A program made the translations under genes and the position numbers. DNA of 64,000 nucleotides, from contig CAWBVG010000053.1 in assembly GCA_963792175.1 (NCBI GenBank), forward strand, positions 65,013 to 129,012. The letters run 5' to 3'. A model generated the notes under the pieces. That model was not told the origin of the DNA. It saw only the letters and a list, made by a program, of their open reading frames with translations, and did not search any database. Shown piece by piece: positions 1 to 10,124 of the stretch. Source of the DNA: an uncultured Acidobacteriota bacterium. GTDB lineage: Bacteria; Acidobacteriota; Vicinamibacteria; Vicinamibacterales; CAVVIG01. Position 1 is the stretch's first letter, and the number at the start of each line of letters is the position of its first letter.

Positions 1-233
1 CGGCATTCGCGCTGCCGCAGCGGCCGTGATGTATCGCGGACGCACTCACCTTTAGCGCGGACGATTGATGCTGAGGGAAACGGCTCGGTGGTGCCGTCAC
101 CTGACGGACTGGCACGAGTTTGGCTGCGCGGCAGCTTAGCAGGCCGTCATTCGCCTCGAACGCGACCAATGTGTACCGTCGATTACAAATTTCGCCGTTC
201 GAGGGCGCGAAACGGTTTCCCAGGATTATCAGC

Positions 234-914
234 ATGAATCGAGTGCCGCCGCGGATCTTGGTCGTCGAGGACAATGAGGCGTCGCGCCGCGGCCTTCGAC
301 AGCTCCTTTCGAACGCGGGTTACACGGTCCTGACGGCGAGCACGTTCGACGAGGGCAAACAGGCGGTCGCGGACGGCGCGCCCGACCTGCTGATTGCGGA
401 TGTCCGTCTCGGTAAGTTCAACGGCCTGCACCTCGTCGCCGCGGCGCCGAACGCGCTGCCCAGCATCATCGTCAGCGGATTCCCCGACCCGGTGATCGAA
501 GCCGAGGCGCTCCGGCTCGGCGCGCACTACGTGACGAAACCGATCGAGCCCAGAGCGCTGCTGACGCTCATCGAGGAGAAACTGCAAAGCGCCGCCCGCC
601 AGCGGGCGGTCGGCTCGACGCGGCGCTGGGAGCGGAAACCGGTCGGCGGCCAGGTGTTCGCGCGCGTCGAGGGCGACATCGCACGCCTCGTCGACGTCAG
701 CATCGGCGGCCTGCAGTTCGAAATCGATCGCGAGGAACCGCTGCCCGCGTGGTTCACGGTCAACGTCGTCGCACCCGATCTCTCACTCGACGCGCATCTC
801 GTCTGGGAAACGCTTCGCGGCGATCGGCGGCTGTGCGGCGCGGCGCTGTCGTGGGGCAACGCGTCGGCGCTGCACCACTGGGCCGCGCTCGTGGACGGCT
901 TCCCCGCCGCCTGA
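234..914 (+). CDS. Response regulator: CheY-like receiver domain fused to a C-terminal PilZ-type domain
   Basis: ORF 120..914. ATG at 234 gives MNRVPPRILVVEDNE..DLLIADVRL..TKP (receiver hallmarks). C-terminus has RRWER (RxxxR) and DVSIGG (DxSxxG) PilZ motifs. Frame uninterrupted. Confidence 0.8.
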   Translation: MNRVPPRILVVEDNEASRRGLRQLLSNAGYTVLTASTFDEGKQAVADGAPDLLIADVRLGKFNGLHLVAAAPNALPSIIVSGFPDPVIEAEALRLGAHYVTKPIEPRALLTLIEEKLQSAARQRAVGSTRRWERKPVGGQVFARVEGDIARLVDVSIGGLQFEIDREEPLPAWFTVNVVAPDLSLDAHLVWETLRGDRRLCGAALSWGNASALHHWAALVDGFPAA

Positions 915-1022
915 CGGCCCGGCCTTCAGCCGGACACGACTCCCGGACACCATCCATACGCGACGCAGGCCCTGCGCCAGAGGGTGTTCAGAATTCAACG
1001 TAGCGCAGTCCTTTCATCGACC

Positions 1023-1385
1023 CTACCAGACGCCCGACACCAGCGACTGACGGTAGGTGATCGTCCGATCGGGGACCACGGTCACGTCGAAGATGAGCGG
1101 CTGATAACCCGGCGCGAAAACCTCGATGCGGTGATTCCCGGCCGGCAGCGGCAGGTGCCGGTAGTAACCGGCGAAGTCATCGACCAGGCCCGCGTACAGG
1201 CCGTCCACGAACACTTGAGCGCGGCGAGGTTCCAGAGCGAGCTGCAGGCCGCCCATCGGTCTCGCCTGAGCCGACTGAACCGCCGGACTGCTCCGCTCCG
1301 CCGCCACTGCCAACTGATCGGCTGCCGCTCCGGAGAGCAGGAGGAGCACGCTACCGGTTGCCGCGAGCCAGCACATCATATGCAT
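1023..1385 (-). CDS. Small secreted PEGA-domain-like protein
   Basis: ORF 1023..1385. Hydrophobic N-terminus (CWLAATGSVLLLLSGAAA), then QVFVDGLYAG..GNHRIEVFAPGYQP, a PEGA-like signature. Confidence 0.55.
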   Translation of the reverse strand: MHMMCWLAATGSVLLLLSGAAADQLAVAAERSSPAVQSAQARPMGGLQLALEPRRAQVFVDGLYAGLVDDFAGYYRHLPLPAGNHRIEVFAPGYQPLIFDVTVVPDRTITYRQSLVSGVW

Positions 1386-1427
1386 TTACCTCTTCGCTCG
1401 AGACATGCATCGGACGCGCCGGAACAG

Positions 1428-1504
1428 CTCTCGGCTCTCGGCCGTCAGCTATCAGCCCTCAGATCTCAGTTTTCCGAGATCAGCTCTCAGCCATCCGCGA
1501 TCGG
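1428..1504. repeat. Eleven consecutive heptads NNNTCNG (CTCTCGG CTCTCGG CCGTCAG CTATCAG CCCTCAG ATCTCAG TTTTCCG AGATCAG CTCTCAG CCATCCG CGATCGG)
   Basis: Read directly. G at heptad position 7 in 11/11 units and TC at positions 4-5 in 11/11. Embedded 8/10-bp hairpin 1460..1483 with a TTTT loop. Confidence 0.75.
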
Positions 1505-2332
1505 CTGGGCCGGCGCGGACAGCATGACGCGCGTGAGTTCGCCGAGCCGGGCGCGAAACTGATCCGGTGTCCGGCCCGCAAAGGCCAGGAACTCGCGGAT
1601 CATGTGCGACTGATCGAAGTAACCGCCGTCAGACGATACGTCTGCCAGCGGGACCAATGGATCGTCTGTCAGGCGCGCGGCCGCCGCCGTGAAGCGGACC
1701 ACGCGTGCGTACGCCTTCGGCGTCAGGCCGACCTGCTCGCGAAACAATCGTTCGAGGTGACGCCGGCTGCTGTTCGCGACGGCTGCAAGGCGATCGATCC
1801 GGCAGGCGCCGGCGGCGCCATCGATGGCCGCAATCACGGCGTCGACGCGAGCGTCGACGTGCACGGGCTGTCGGGCCACGCGTTCGAGCAGCCCTGCCTC
1901 GAGACAGCCGATCGCCGCCTCAACCGAGGAGGCCTCCCGCGCCGTGCGCACCGTGCGTCGCAGCCAGGGTATGTCGAGGGCGGCGACATCCGCGATGGCA
2001 TCGTCCAAATAGTGTTGAGGAACGCCGAGTAGCGCATAGGCGCCGTTGGGCCGGAAACGCACCGCCGCGACTTCGGCGAGGCCGTCGGGGAGCAGGACGA
2101 CCGGCGATCGCATCGGTCCCACGAAGAGCGTGGACGCCTGACGCTCGCCTGGACCCACCGCCACGAATCGAAAGAACGGACGCTCGCGATGCACGACGAG
2201 CTCGGTGGCGCCGTCGGGCAGCACCGGTTGCGGCGATCCGTCCGGCGCGCGGCCGCACAACGACCAGTACGTCCGCACGAACGGCGCCAGCGCCGGATGC
2301 GGCGGGTACTCGCGGTAGTCCACCGCCGCCAT
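1487..2332 (-). CDS. AraC-family transcriptional regulator
   Basis: ORF 1487..2332. C-terminal double HTH (RRHLERLFREQVGLTPKAYARVVRF, GYFDQSHMIREF). The last ~6 codons lie inside the heptad repeat 1428..1504. Confidence 0.8.
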   Translation of the reverse strand: MAAVDYREYPPHPALAPFVRTYWSLCGRAPDGSPQPVLPDGATELVVHRERPFFRFVAVGPGERQASTLFVGPMRSPVVLLPDGLAEVAAVRFRPNGAYALLGVPQHYLDDAIADVAALDIPWLRRTVRTAREASSVEAAIGCLEAGLLERVARQPVHVDARVDAVIAAIDGAAGACRIDRLAAVANSSRRHLERLFREQVGLTPKAYARVVRFTAAAARLTDDPLVPLADVSSDGGYFDQSHMIREFLAFAGRTPDQFRARLGELTRVMLSAPAQPIADG

Positions 2333-2341
2333 TCTATCGGG

Positions 2342-2812
2342 CTACTTCGGCGCGGTGTCGCACGAAACGCGCACCATCGGGAACTCGATGCGGCGCCCCG
2401 CCGCCCCTTCGCCGCCGTCGATCCACGCCAGCAGTCCGGTCGGCGTCGCGCGATACGCCACGCGCTTCGGGAAATCGTGAGTGGGATTGGCGAAGATCGC
2501 CTCGCGGGCGTTTCCTCCCGGCACGAGCTCGAATGCCGTGACCGGGTTCCCATTCGGCTGCGCCAGGTAGACAAGCTTTCCTTGCCGGACCTCCACGCGC
2601 AGGAACTCGAACTCCGTCACCTTGCCGGCGCGCAGCGAATAACTCATGCCGAACATGACGTCGTCGCTCGCCTTCGTCCACGATTCCCAGGAAGTTCGCT
2701 CGCCGCCCTGTGTCGTCCAGCAGCCGATCATCCAATCGAGCGCCTTCACGTTCGGCGGGGGTTGAGACGGCTGTAACGCGATGACGATCAATGCGACGGC
2801 TGCTGGAATCAT
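2342..2812 (-). CDS. Exported protein of unknown function (DUF6265-like by recollection)
   Basis: ORF 2342..2836. ATG 2812 is preceded by GGAGGAG. Signal/anchor MIPAAVALIVIAL. No catalytic motif recognised. Confidence 0.45.
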   Translation of the reverse strand: MIPAAVALIVIALQPSQPPPNVKALDWMIGCWTTQGGERTSWESWTKASDDVMFGMSYSLRAGKVTEFEFLRVEVRQGKLVYLAQPNGNPVTAFELVPGGNAREAIFANPTHDFPKRVAYRATPTGLLAWIDGGEGAAGRRIEFPMVRVSCDTAPK

Positions 2813-2923
2813 GCGCTTCTCCTCCGCGACTGGCACCGGCGCGACAACGGCGCGGCCCCGTGCAACTCGGGGAACGATACCGCAGCGCTCGGCAGGCGGT
2901 CTTGGACAAATGCGACGTGCCGA

Positions 2924-2990
2924 GAGGACTCGGGGACTAGGGGACTGCGGGACTCGGAGTCCCCGATGTCCACCGGTCCCTCAAGTCCCA
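2924..2990. repeat. Dyad of four GGGGACT-type octamers followed by four AGTCC-type units
   Basis: GGACT at 2926, 2934, 2942, 2950. (A)GTCC at 2958, 2968, 2976, 2985. Centre at 2957/2958. Lies in a divergent promoter region. Confidence 0.7.
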
Positions 2991-3065
2991 CTCTCTTCCT
3001 CAGGAGCGAATCGGAGTCGATCCTGACCAGAGCGTTCAGCGGCCGCATGCTAACGTGACAGCCCC

Positions 3066-4464
3066 ATGGCCGTGATGCCGGCGGCTTCACTCGACAGGGT
3101 CGCAGCCTGTGACTCCGGCGATCCGTACCTGCTCACGCCTCACGCGATCGAAGCGCCTCCGACATCGGTCGCCGCCTCTTTGCGCCGAGTCGGCCCCGGC
3201 ATGGTCCTCGCCGCCGCCATCGTCGGATCGGGCGAACTGATCGCGACGACAACGCTGGGCGCGCAAGTCGGCTTCGCCGCGCTGTGGATCATCCTGGTCA
3301 GCTGCGCGATCAAGCCGGTCGTTCAGGCGGAGTTGGGCCGCTACACCATCGCCACGGGACACACCGGCCTCGAGGGGTTCGACCGCATGCCTGGGCCGCG
3401 CCTCGGCGTCAGCTGGCTGGTGTGGGCCTGGGGCATCACGGTCGCGCTGACGCTGCTGCAAGTCGGCGGGATGTACGGCGGGGTCGCGCAGGTCCTGCAC
3501 CTGCTGGCCCCGGCGATCCCGCTGAACATCTGGGTGGGGATTTGCCTCCTGCTCACCATCGCCATTCTGCTCGGCGGAGGCTACGAGCGCATCGAGAAGC
3601 TGGCCATCGTCAAGGTGGGATTCTTCACGATGCTGACGGTCTGCGCCGCTGCGGTGCTGCTGCGGTCGGACGCGGTGACGGCCAGCAATCTCGCCGGCGG
3701 GCTGAGCCTGCAGCTGCCGGCCGCGGGCCTCGCCACGGCGATTGCCGTGTTCGGGATGACCGGTGTCGGCGCGACCGAGCTGGTGCAGTACCCGGTACTG
3801 GTGCGTCGAGAAAGGCTACGCGCGGTTCGTCGGACCGCGGGATGGATCGGCGGCCTGGACTTCGCGCGCCCGCGGCTGGATCCGTGTCATGCACCTCGAC
3901 ATCGCGTGCTCGCTCGTGATTTATACCTTGGCGACGGTCGCCTTCTACCTGCTCGGCGCCGGCGTGCTGCATCGGATGGGCGCGGTGCCGGCGGAGCGTG
4001 ACACCGTGCGAGTGCTGTCGCAAATCTACACGCAAACGCTCGGCGACTGGGCGCTCTGGCTGTTTTACGCCGGCGCCGTCGTGACGCTGTACGGGACGAT
4101 TTTTGCCGCGACGGCCGCCCACTCGCGGCTGTTCGCCGACGCGATGCGCATCGGCGGCATGTTCCAGCGCGACGACACCCGCAGGCGCCGGCAATGGCGC
4201 AACAGGTTTCTCGTCGCGCTCTCGGTGATACCCGCCGTGTTCTACTGGTTCATCGAATCGCCGGTGCAGATGGTGCTGGCCGGCGGACTGGCGCAGTCGG
4301 CGCTCCTGCCGCTGATCGGCATCGCCTCCTTGTACCTGCGGCACACCCGCCTGCCCGCCGATATCCGCCCGTCGATCGCCACCACCGTCATGCTGTGGAT
4401 CGCGACCGTGGTGATGACGGGGTTCGCGCTCTACTACGTCGCGGCGCGAGTGGGCGTGTTGTAG
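3066..4464 (+). pseudogene. NRAMP-family divalent metal-ion transporter, frame broken once
   Basis: ORFs 3066..4001 and 3763..4464 join as ..GVGATELVQYP / YWCVEKGYARFVGP.. with one extra G near 3795. Multi-TM pattern throughout. Confidence 0.85.
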
Positions 4465-4542
4465 TCCGCACACAGAGACACAAGCAGAACACGGAATGAC
4501 ACGCGTCGCGCGCGAGTGTGACGTCACGCGCCGGCCCGTCCT

Positions 4543-5478
4543 CACGATCGGCGTGATGGTCACTTTGCGATACGTCACCTTCTCGTGGTCCCCCTGGATC
4601 ATGATCGGGCCTGGCTCGGTTTCGGCCGCATCGAGTGCGCCGCCCGTGATCGCTTCGAGCGTGGCATTGTCGTGCACCTTCTTGCCGTTCAGGACGACCG
4701 TGACCTTGTTGCCCACGAGGGTCGCGTCCATCGTCTGCCATTCCCCGGCAGGCTTGCTCGCGTTCACCGCCGGGGCCTTCCACGCATAGATCGACATGTG
4801 CCCGTGCGTTTCTGGCGGCTTGCCATAGTCGTCGAGCACCTGCAGCTCATAGCGCCCCCGCAGGTAGATGCCGCTGTTGCTGTTGGTCTCGAGCTTGTAC
4901 TCCGCGTGGATCTTGAAGTCCTGGAACTTCTGCTTCGAGACCAGGTTGTTGGCGTGCGGCGTGTTCGTCATCGCGCCGTCGACCACCGTCCAGCCGGACG
5001 GCTTGGTCTGGTCCTGCACGCCCCAGGCATCCATCGACGTGCCGTCGAAGAGGTCGATCGGCTTGCCCAGCTTGTGCGGCGCGTTGGCGTCGGACGGCGG
5101 CCACTTCGGCGGACGCGCGCCGGTGAACTCGATCGTGCGCGCCGGCGTCTTGATGGTTCCGGCCAGCGTGGTTCCCTTCATGCGCGCCCGATACTCCGGC
5201 GCCGGACCGCGTGCAGGCGCCGTGCCCTGGAAGAACAGCTCGCCGTTTTCGACTTTCACCGTGGCGAGCTTCACCGGGCTGCCGCCGCGATTGAGGAACA
5301 TCCCGGTCAACTGTCCGCCTTCGTCCTTGATCTCGAGCCAGTAGATGCCGCCGTCAGGGCCGATGCCGGTGAGATTCCAGCGACCGAGGTACGGATTCTC
5401 GGCGGCGATTGACGCGACGGCCGACGCGATAGCAATCGCGGCGACCAGGGCAACGCAATAAGTGGCGTGACGGCTCAT
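4543..5478 (-). CDS. Secreted DUF1080 / 3-keto-disaccharide hydrolase family protein; expected stop codon missing
   Basis: Inside ORF 3625..5604. ATG 5478 with GGAAGG SD, followed by a signal peptide. ..NSGIYLRGRYELQVLD..IMIQGDHEKVTYRKVTITPI matches the family C-terminus. There is no in-frame stop near 4543, so the ORF runs on antisense to the NRAMP gene. Confidence 0.75.
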
Positions 5479-5491
5479 GTAATCACCTTCC

Positions 5492-6251
5492 TTATCCGCG
5501 GCCAATGAACGGCATCTTCGTCGCCATGACCGTGATGAACTGTACGTTCGCGTCGAGCGGCAGGCTCGCCATGTACACGACCGCCTTCGCGACATGCTCG
5601 ACATCCAGGCGCGGCTCCGCCGCGGTCTGACCGTTGGCCTGCAAGACCCCGTCGGCGAACGACGCCGTCATGTCCGTGGCGGCATTGCCGATGTCGATCT
5701 GCCCGCACGCGATATTGAATCTCCGTCCGTCGAGCGACGTCGACTTGGTGAGCCCGGTGATGGCGTGCTTGGTGGCGGTATAGGGCGCGGAGTGGGGACG
5801 CGGGGTATAGGCTGAAATCGATCCGTTGTTGATGATGCGTCCGCCCTGCGGCTGTTGATCCTTCATCATGCGAAACGCCTGCTGGGTGCAGAGAAACGCG
5901 CCGGTCAGGTTGACATCGACCACCGACTTCCACTGCTCGACGGTCAACTCCTCGAGCGGCACGCCACGCGTCGCGATGCCGGCGTTGTTGAACAGCACGT
6001 CGACGCGTCCGAAGGCGTCGCGCGCGGCGGCGAACAGCGCGCGCACCGAGGCCGGGTCGGCGACGTCGGTCGGTACCGCGCGCGCGCGGCGTGCGATGCG
6101 GGCCGGCGTCCGCCATCGTCTGCGCCAGCAGCGCCTCGCGGCGGCCGGCGAGGACGACGGCGAAGCCTTCGTCGAGCAGGGCCAGCGCGACCGCCTTGCC
6201 AATTCCGGTTCCCGCACCCGTTACAATCGCCACTTTCGGGGGTGTGCTCAC
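5492..6251 (-). pseudogene. Short-chain dehydrogenase/reductase (SDR), one frameshift
   Basis: [20 protein letters not shown] (ORF 5475..6251) continues in ORF 5492..6217 (NNAG, YTATKHA). Extra base near 6098. Confidence 0.8.
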
Positions 6252-6303
6252 CAGGCATCCTCGTGTCGAGTTTCAGAGACGGGACACTAACACGGGATCG
6301 ATC

Positions 6304-7251
6304 ATGAAACTACTCGTCACGGGTGCGGCAGGGTTTCTGGGCGGCCGGCTGGCCAGAGCGGCGCTCGCGGGCATCCCCGGATTGCCTCCACTGTCGAAGC
6401 TGGTGGCGGTCGACACCGCGCCGTGCGTGCTCGACGACCCTCGCGTCGATTGCAGAACCGGCACCATCACCGACGACGACTTCACGCGCTCCATCGTCGA
6501 CAGTGACGTCGACGTCGTGTACCACCTGGCGGCGATTGTGAGCGGTCAGGCGGAGGCCGAGTTCGACCTCGGCATGAAGGTGAACGTCGACGCGACACGC
6601 ACACTCCTCGAGGCATGCCGGCGTCTGAAGAAGCCGCCGCGCTTCATCTTCACGAGCACGGTCGCCGTTTTCGGCGGACCTTTGCCGCCGGTTGTCCCGG
6701 ACTCCGCGGCGGTGACGCCCCAGTCCTCTTACGGATCGGCCAAAGCGATCGACGAGCTCCTCGTGAACGAGTACTCGCGGCGGGGATTCATCGACGGCAT
6801 CGTCTGCCGGCTGCCGACGATTGCGGTGCGGCCCGGCGCGCCGAACGCGGCGGCGTCGTCGTTCGTCAGCGGCATCGTCCGCGAGCCGCTGGCCGGCATC
6901 GACACCGTGTGTCCGGTGCCGCTCGAGACGCGCTTGTGGATCAGCTCACCCGATGTCGTCACGCAGAATCTGGTGCATGCCGCCCGGCTCGATGCGTCGG
7001 CCTTGGAAGGCCGGCGCAACATCAACCTCCCCGGCTTGACGGTCACCGCCGAAGAGATGCTGGCGAGCCTCGAGCGGCTGGCCGGCGCCGAGGTGCGATC
7101 GCGCGTTCGTTGTGAGATCGATCAGCGGATCTGGCGCCTCGTCAGCACCTGGCCGGGCGCCTTCGACATCAGCCGCGCGCTGAGGCTCGGCTTCAGCGTC
7201 GACCGCGACATCGACGCGGTCGTCCGGCAGTTCATGGCCGGCGGGCGCTGA
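6304..7251 (+). CDS. NAD-dependent epimerase/dehydratase family protein (DenD / D-erythronate dehydrogenase-like)
   Basis: ORF 6091..7251, ATG 6304. MKLLVTGAAGFLGGRL Rossmann motif and YGSAK active-site motif. The subfamily call is from memory. Confidence 0.7.
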   Translation: MKLLVTGAAGFLGGRLARAALAGIPGLPPLSKLVAVDTAPCVLDDPRVDCRTGTITDDDFTRSIVDSDVDVVYHLAAIVSGQAEAEFDLGMKVNVDATRTLLEACRRLKKPPRFIFTSTVAVFGGPLPPVVPDSAAVTPQSSYGSAKAIDELLVNEYSRRGFIDGIVCRLPTIAVRPGAPNAAASSFVSGIVREPLAGIDTVCPVPLETRLWISSPDVVTQNLVHAARLDASALEGRRNINLPGLTVTAEEMLASLERLAGAEVRSRVRCEIDQRIWRLVSTWPGAFDISRALRLGFSVDRDIDAVVRQFMAGGR

Positions 7252-7258
7252 AGCAGGG

Positions 7259-8203
7259 TCAGCTTCTCAAATCCGCGTGCAGCGTTTCGAGCAGGTACTT
7301 CTTGTGGGCATTCATGTCCTGCTCGACCGTGCCCTCGCCGGGCCTGGGCGCGTCGAAATCCAGCGTGACCCACCCGTCGTAGCCGCGTTCGCGCAGAACG
7401 CGGAAGAACGCGGGGAAGTCCACGCCTCCCGCTCCGAGGCGCTTATAGAGGTTGACCCGGTTGTGTTCCGCTTCGCTGGGCGCCGGACCTTTCCAGCCGC
7501 TGGCGGTGTTGTATTTGGCCTCCGCGTCCTTGAGATGGATGGCCGCGATCCTCGAGTAGTAGTCGCGAAGACACTTCACGGGGTCGATGCCGCCCAACGT
7601 CGCATGTCCGGTGTCGAGCACGAGATACACGAGTGTGGGATCGGTCATCTCCATCATCATGTCCAGCTCGGGTTGCCGCTCCACGAGCGTCCACGCGTGC
7701 GGATGGAACGCGAACCTGATGCCGGCATCGGCGGTTCGCTTGCCGACCTCATTCAGATTCCTCGCAAGCGTTTTGGCGTTCGCCGGGCTCAGGTTGTCGG
7801 CACTGACTCGCTTGCTCAGATTGACCTTCAGATGCGTGCATCCGAAATGAGCCACGTAACGGGCGCGCGCGGTATTGCTCTCAATCGTCTCCTGCAGCCG
7901 TGAGGCGTCGAGGTACTCTCCGCCGCTGCCGACCGTGCACAGCGCGAGACCGGAGGCATCGAGCACCTTCTTGAGTTGATCGGGCGGCTGCTTGAGGTAT
8001 TGCGGGATGTCATCCTGGAACGGCTCGATGCCGTGGTACCCGTACCGCGCCGCCATCTGGATGCCCGTCTCCGGATGCGGCGGGGTCGTGCGGAACTGAT
8101 GGCCGCTCATGGCGTAGCGCATCTTGTCGCCAGGACGCGCGTACACTCGGGCAGCGACGGCAGCGCCAAGGCCCGCACCGAGGAATTCACGGCGAGTCAG
8201 CAT
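7259..8203 (-). CDS. Tat-exported sugar phosphate isomerase/epimerase (xylose isomerase-like TIM barrel)
   Basis: ORF 7259..8203. Twin-arginine leader MLTRREFLGAGLGAAVA. Barrel motifs HLKVN, FHPH, LDTGH, HLKD. Intact. Confidence 0.8.
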   Translation of the reverse strand: MLTRREFLGAGLGAAVAARVYARPGDKMRYAMSGHQFRTTPPHPETGIQMAARYGYHGIEPFQDDIPQYLKQPPDQLKKVLDASGLALCTVGSGGEYLDASRLQETIESNTARARYVAHFGCTHLKVNLSKRVSADNLSPANAKTLARNLNEVGKRTADAGIRFAFHPHAWTLVERQPELDMMMEMTDPTLVYLVLDTGHATLGGIDPVKCLRDYYSRIAAIHLKDAEAKYNTASGWKGPAPSEAEHNRVNLYKRLGAGGVDFPAFFRVLRERGYDGWVTLDFDAPRPGEGTVEQDMNAHKKYLLETLHADLRS

Positions 8204-8237
8204 GGTGCACCTCCCTGCTCGTCAAGATATACGGACA

Positions 8238-8259
8238 TAGGGGCTAGGGGCTAGGCGGC
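8238..8259. repeat. Half-element: 2.5 tandem copies of AGGGGCT
   Basis: TAGGGGCTAGGGGCTAGGCGGC is the reverse complement of the C-rich word seen at 54654 and 57342. Confidence 0.55.
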
Positions 8260-8371
8260 TCGCTGACCACGGACGTGGGACTGCAGGCGACTGGGGAGCA
8301 GAGGAGGCAGGGGGACGAGAAACGACGATTCCCTCGCCGTTTCCCGTCGGTGTGCGTTCAGATTGTCGCGG

Positions 8372-8948
8372 CTACTGACACGACGCCGCCACGATCTTGC
8401 CCGATTTGACTCGAAGCACCGGTGCGTGGGCATCGGATCCAGCCGCCGGGTCGGTCGACAATGCGGCGTTGTCTTGCGGATCGAGCACTCCGGTCAGCGC
8501 CAGCTTCTTTCCGACGAGCGGGCTCAGCGCGGACGGATTCGCGATGAGGCGATAGGTTTGACCCGACGACCCGCTGGTCGCGGTGGCCGCGTCTGTCGTG
8601 CTCGCGGTGCCTGTCGTGCTCGCAGCGTCGGTCGTGCTCGGTCGCGTCGGCCGGTGCGGATGTCGCGTTTACCAACGTGAACAGGAGCGCAGCTTCATTG
8701 CTGTCGCCGGTCGTGGCTGTTCCGGTCGTGCCTGCCGTGCCCGCGGTCCCAGCCGTTCCAGCCACCCCGGCGGTGCCAGCCAATCCAACCGTCATCACGC
8801 CCTGTTTCAGGCAGCCTGTTACCGTGATTTGCGCTTCGGTGGACGGTGTCGTGCTCTGCGGTGCAGACGACGTCTGCGCGCCAACCACCGTCGCGAAGCC
8901 TACAATCGCTGTCGACACTCCTGTCCAGATCGTTCTCGTCTTCCTCAT
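8372..8948 (-). pseudogene. Small secreted Thr/Ala/Gly-rich protein, one frameshift
   Basis: ORF 8358..8948 gives a signal peptide plus (AGT)n low complexity. The C-terminal ..GQTYRLIANPSALSPLVGKKLALTGVL..VLRVKSGKIVAASCQ is in another frame, ending at TAG 8372..8374. Shift near 8640. Confidence 0.4.
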
Positions 8949-9029
8949 GCATCCTCCCGGGCATTTTCGGTCTGCAACCGTTGGACCGCATCGAGGTCAG
9001 GAGTAAAGCATTTCCACTTGTACGTAGTA

Positions 9030-9656
9030 TTAGCGCACGTCGTAGCGGTCGAGTTTCTCGTAGGGAATTTCGCGGAACATCGGCAGGCCTGCGGCCTCGA
9101 CGATGGCGACGAGCCCGGCGCGCTCGTGGAACTCCATGTGGTCGCGGTTGATGACGACCGTGTTCGGATAGCCCGGCGCGAGCCGCCGGAACTCGCCGTC
9201 GATCAGCCGGAAACGCCGCACCATGTTCTCGGCGCTCTCGTGCGGCCGGTTTCGCTGTCTGATGTGCTTCTCGATCGTGTCGGTGTTCGACGTGAGGACG
9301 ATGACGCGATCCGGGTTCCACGCGTCGCCGATCGCCAGCACCTTGCGGAGCTCGGCGTGGTACTCCGCCGGGTACTCGGCGATGTGGGCCTCGAGCGTGA
9401 TGCGCGCGCCTTCGAAGAAGATCACTTTGCCGGGACGATCGCTGTCGGCGGCATCGCGATAGTTCGCGTCGTAGAGACGGGCGAAGTAGGCGGTCACGCC
9501 GACGGGGTTCCGGCCCGCGTCGATGTCTTCGAGGACCCGCGGATCCCAGACGCCTTCTTCGCCCTCTCCGTACGCCGCGTTGTGATACAGGTCAGCGAGC
9601 TGCCGGACGAGCGTGCTCTTGCCGATGCCCGGCCCGCCGACGATCGCCACGCGCAT
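9030..9656 (-). CDS. P-loop NTPase, kinase-like
   Basis: ORF 9030..9656. Walker A GGPGIGKST near the N-terminus. Intact. Confidence 0.55.
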   Translation of the reverse strand: MRVAIVGGPGIGKSTLVRQLADLYHNAAYGEGEEGVWDPRVLEDIDAGRNPVGVTAYFARLYDANYRDAADSDRPGKVIFFEGARITLEAHIAEYPAEYHAELRKVLAIGDAWNPDRVIVLTSNTDTIEKHIRQRNRPHESAENMVRRFRLIDGEFRRLAPGYPNTVVINRDHMEFHERAGLVAIVEAAGLPMFREIPYEKLDRYDVR

Positions 9657-9667
9657 GCGCCGTCATT

Positions 9668-10048
9668 CTACGTTGAGACCGTCGCGGTGGCCGCCGGCTG
9701 CCCCATCTCGACGACCGGCCGCACTTCGATGGTGCCGATCTTCGCCGACGGAATCCGCGCCGCGATTCCGATCGCCTCGTCGAGATCCTTCGCCTCGACC
9801 AGGTAGTAGCCGCCGAGCTGTTCGCGGGTTTCGGCGAACGGCCCGTCAGTGACCAGGCGCTTGCCGTCACGCACCCGCACGCTGGTCGCCATCGTCGTCG
9901 GCTGCAACTGCGCGCCCGCCAGGTAGTTGCCGGACGCTTTGACGCTCTGGCCGAACTGGCCGTACTCGGCGTAGATCTTCCCGCGCTCCGCCTCGGTCAG
10001 CCTCGCCCACCCCTTCTCGTCGTCGTGAATCAGCAGCATGTATTTCAT
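9668..10048 (-). CDS. YciI-family (DGPF) protein
   Basis: ORF 9668..10150, ATG 10048 with [34 protein letters not shown] signature. Confidence 0.8.
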   Translation of the reverse strand: MKYMLLIHDDEKGWARLTEAERGKIYAEYGQFGQSVKASGNYLAGAQLQPTTMATSVRVRDGKRLVTDGPFAETREQLGGYYLVEAKDLDEAIGIAARIPSAKIGTIEVRPVVEMGQPAATATVST

Positions 10049-10124
10049 GTGTGTGCCTCCATCAGTGAATCGAACGACAAGGGCCGGGATCGACACCCCG
10101 CCGATAAAGTATTTACCATCGGCT

